Part shown: piece after piece, positions 61,545 to 64,000 of the stretch
How the letters are laid out: each line of letters starts with the position of its first letter
How positions within the stretch are numbered: the stretch's first letter is position 1
Origin: Mobula hypostoma
Lineage: Eukaryota
Direction of reading: 5' to 3'
Assembly: GCF_963921235.1 (NCBI RefSeq)
Contig: NC_086118.1
Coordinates: 24,058,001 to 24,122,000, forward strand
DNA length: 64,000 bases
The notes under the pieces: generated by a model
The model's input: the letters and a program-made list of their open reading frames with translations, nothing else
Databases searched by the model: none
What the model was told of the DNA's origin: nothing
Program-made: the position numbers and the translations under genes

Positions 61545-63640
61545 GTGGCAATGAGGACATTTTAAAATGAACTCAAGATGACTACCTACCTGTTGAAGCA
61601 CAGCATGTTTTTTTTCCTTTGGAAGTGGAGAAAGATGGTCAATTTAAAAGAAGGCTGTGGAAATGTTAGAGCCATGGTCTTTCTTGAGTTCTTCATAATA
61701 TCAGCACAACTCATTTCGGCTGGATTGGATGGAGCATTTAAACTTCTAGGCAACCTAGATGCTCTTCCACCTATTGCACCTAGTAAAACTGGCACTCACT
61801 TTTCATTGGTTATTTCATTTGCCTCAAAATACTGCTCAATTTGTTTGGTTTTCATTCCCCAGCTATCTGTTGTGCAATTGAACCAGTCTCTCTTTCCAAT
61901 TCAGCCAGCATTCCTACTTTTTAAAAAATATTATCATCCAAAACTCACTGTTTATGCACTCATGAATTTTGTCCATTACTTCAGGAACATTTAGAACCCA
62001 AACTATCGTTGATTGCAGAATACTTTAGGTTTCAAAAGAAAGGGGGGTCAATTTCAGCTTAATTGAAGAAATTAAGTGGCTGAATTGAAGAAATTGTCTG
62101 AGCATTGTGAGTTCAGTAATGGGCTAAATGATGCACTGAGGGATCATTTAGTTTGTTGAATCTTACAAGAAAGCATTCAAAAGAGCTTCTTACTGAAGCA
62201 CAATTCACATTTAAAAGATCCATTGAAATTGCAGAGTCAATGGAAACAACAGCCAGAGGTACAATTGAGTTGCAGACAGGAATGAAATTGAGTGTGAACA
62301 AAATTGCAGTGTCTAAACAGAAACCAGCCTGACCAAGCAAATAGAGTTAATGTTATGACACACTCCGGCAGAAAACTATGAACCAGGACTTCACACAGTG
62401 TCAGGTCTACACAGCAACCCAAAATGGCTGGAACCCAAAAGTGCAGCAGAAATTCCAGTTTCCCCATTTTTATCAGTGCCAGGCTGAACTTTCCTTTGAC
62501 AGAGGTTGCCTTTTGTGGAGATGGAGATTTGTTATACTATCCAAGCTGAGAGCTGAAGTGTTGGAGCAGTTACATACTTGTCACCTCAAAATGAAAGTGT
62601 TGGCTCAAAGAATAGACCAGCTGCAATGTGCAGGGTGCCAACATGTCCAGAAGGTGCCAAGAGCAGTATCTCCCATCCCTGGGAATGATCTGCATTGTCC
62701 TGTCAGAGGATTGATGTATATTTTGTTGGACCATTCATGGGCACAAATCTCTTGTTAGTAGTGGATGTAGCTAGAAAGTGTCTCGAAGTGTTCCCAGTAG
62801 ACTCCACTACTGCCTCGCACACTATTGATGTGTTGAGAAGCCTCTTCTCAAGCACTGGTGTTCCACCCAACTACAAATGGCTTGTTGGAAAGGTTGCCCA
62901 GACTCTAAAGAATTTACTGCGAGCAATGTCAGCGGAACACACTATACTGACACTGAATCAGAAGCTCACCAATTTCCTCCTTGCATATCGCAATATAGTA
63001 TGCTCCACAACCAACAACTCACCAGCTGTGCTGTTCCTGGGTCATCCCTGGCACTCATGCATGGATCTGCTCAAACCCAGTCTCAGAAGGAGTATGCAGG
63101 GCAAACAGCTGAGGCAAATTGAGAGCTCCTCAAACAAGGAAATTTGATGTTTCACTCCTGGAAAAGCAGTCCTGGCAAGGGACTACAGAGGCGACTAAAA
63201 GTGGGTACTTAGAAAGATTAATGATAGAACTGGACCACTCCTCTACACAGTGGAGATTGTGTCTAATGTTATCTAGAGACAACACATTGATCAGTTGAGG
63301 AGAGCAGAGTCAATTGTGAGAGAAGAATCATGCCCAGAACTGTCAGAACCATTTCCTGCAGTCCCAGAGTCATCTCCTACAGAAGCCCCAGAACTAAGAT
63401 TGTTTCACAGCTACAAATCTCTTCTGCCAAGCAGAGTGACCTCCCTTGTCAGGAAAGACGGTATTCTACAAGAGTAAGAAATCCTCCACAGCGAATAAAT
63501 CGAACCTGAATAGGAAAATTTAAAATTCACTATGCTGCAGATGTCTATACATTAGTTGTATTATATATTATAATGTATACTGTATATATGTTGAGGTGCA
63601 TTCTATATTGAGCTGGAGTTCATAGCTAATAAGGGAGGAG

Positions 63641-63883
63641 TGTTGTGCATTTACTATTTCAAAAATATTTGAGTGATATTGTGAATATGTTGTTTGATTA
63701 AGCATTCTTTGGTTAAAGGAATTTTTAGGGTCGTATGTAGCAATGCATGAATGGCACAAGTCATTATGCCAGCAGGGCGTAAGTGAGCGCGCACTGAAGT
63801 AAAACTAAACGTACACAAGTTATCCCCTGCTCCCGTGTTTTTCTTTCAATTAGTTTTATGTTTTTGAGTTACAAAACATAACA
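63641..63883 (+). repeat. 3' LTR
   Basis: tgttgtgcattta...ttacaaaacataaca, directly after the polypurine tract. Confidence 0.92.
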
Positions 63884-64000
63884 TTATCTTAATCCTTTGA
63901 TAGATTATTGCTCCCTAATTATTCTTGGTTTTCAAAGATAAGACAAAACTTATATTCAATGGTACCTTTCACCAGTGACTTCAATAGCAGTCAGTTTGTG

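Larger units (their letters stand above)
61312..63883 (+). mobile_element. Gypsy LTR retrotransposon, internally deleted and rearranged
   Basis: 5' LTR 61312-61544, PBS-like tggcaatgagg; gag remnant (EHLEPK..IAEYFRF..AELKKLSEHCEF..LNDALRD); integrase remnant (GPFMG..LLLVVD..LEVFP..TIDVLRSLF; FLLAYRN..TTNNSPAVLFLG); PPT aagggaggag; 3' LTR 63641-63883; TSD tcatc/ttatc. Confidence 0.93.

Noticed and set aside
61578..61994. 138-aa plus-strand ORF
   Set aside because: It is the antisense reading of the inverted gag segment plus the templated insert.
1..64000. CRISPR arrays, operons or prokaryotic defence systems
   Set aside because: No regularly spaced repeat-spacer array or gene-dense organisation; the sequence is vertebrate repeat-rich DNA.

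Overview
This is eukaryotic (vertebrate) DNA, not prokaryotic. The repeat repertoire (CR1 LINEs, Rex1/Babar-type LINEs, V-SINEs, a Deu-type SINE, Penelope-like elements) is typical of cartilaginous fishes, probably a ray or shark; that assignment is inference. The window is a repeat-dense intronic or intergenic stretch. I could not support any host exon, rRNA or true tRNA gene, and nearly every ORF in the track is a decayed transposon fragment or noise. Contents: many CR1, Rex1/Babar and RTE LINE fragments, often nested up to four deep; Penelope-like fragments whose pseudo-LTRs carry minimal hammerhead-ribozyme motifs; a well-preserved HERO-type retrotransposon 3' end (restriction-like endonuclease) with a strongly base-paired, probably pseudoknotted 3' UTR; two pogo/Tigger-type MITEs, a hAT-type MITE and several SINEs; a candidate solo LTR; a (CTCCAT)n array; and an internally deleted Gypsy LTR element. 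The most unusual observations are: (1) an inversion of the Gypsy gag 5' end with a perfect 37-bp inverted copy of nearby flanking DNA at the breakpoint; (2) a ~92-bp segment copied from 3.9 kb upstream into a CR1; (3) a 204-bp insert of unknown origin inside a Penelope pseudo-LTR; (4) the HERO 3' UTR structure. All family names come from motif recognition without database searches, and most element boundaries are approximate.
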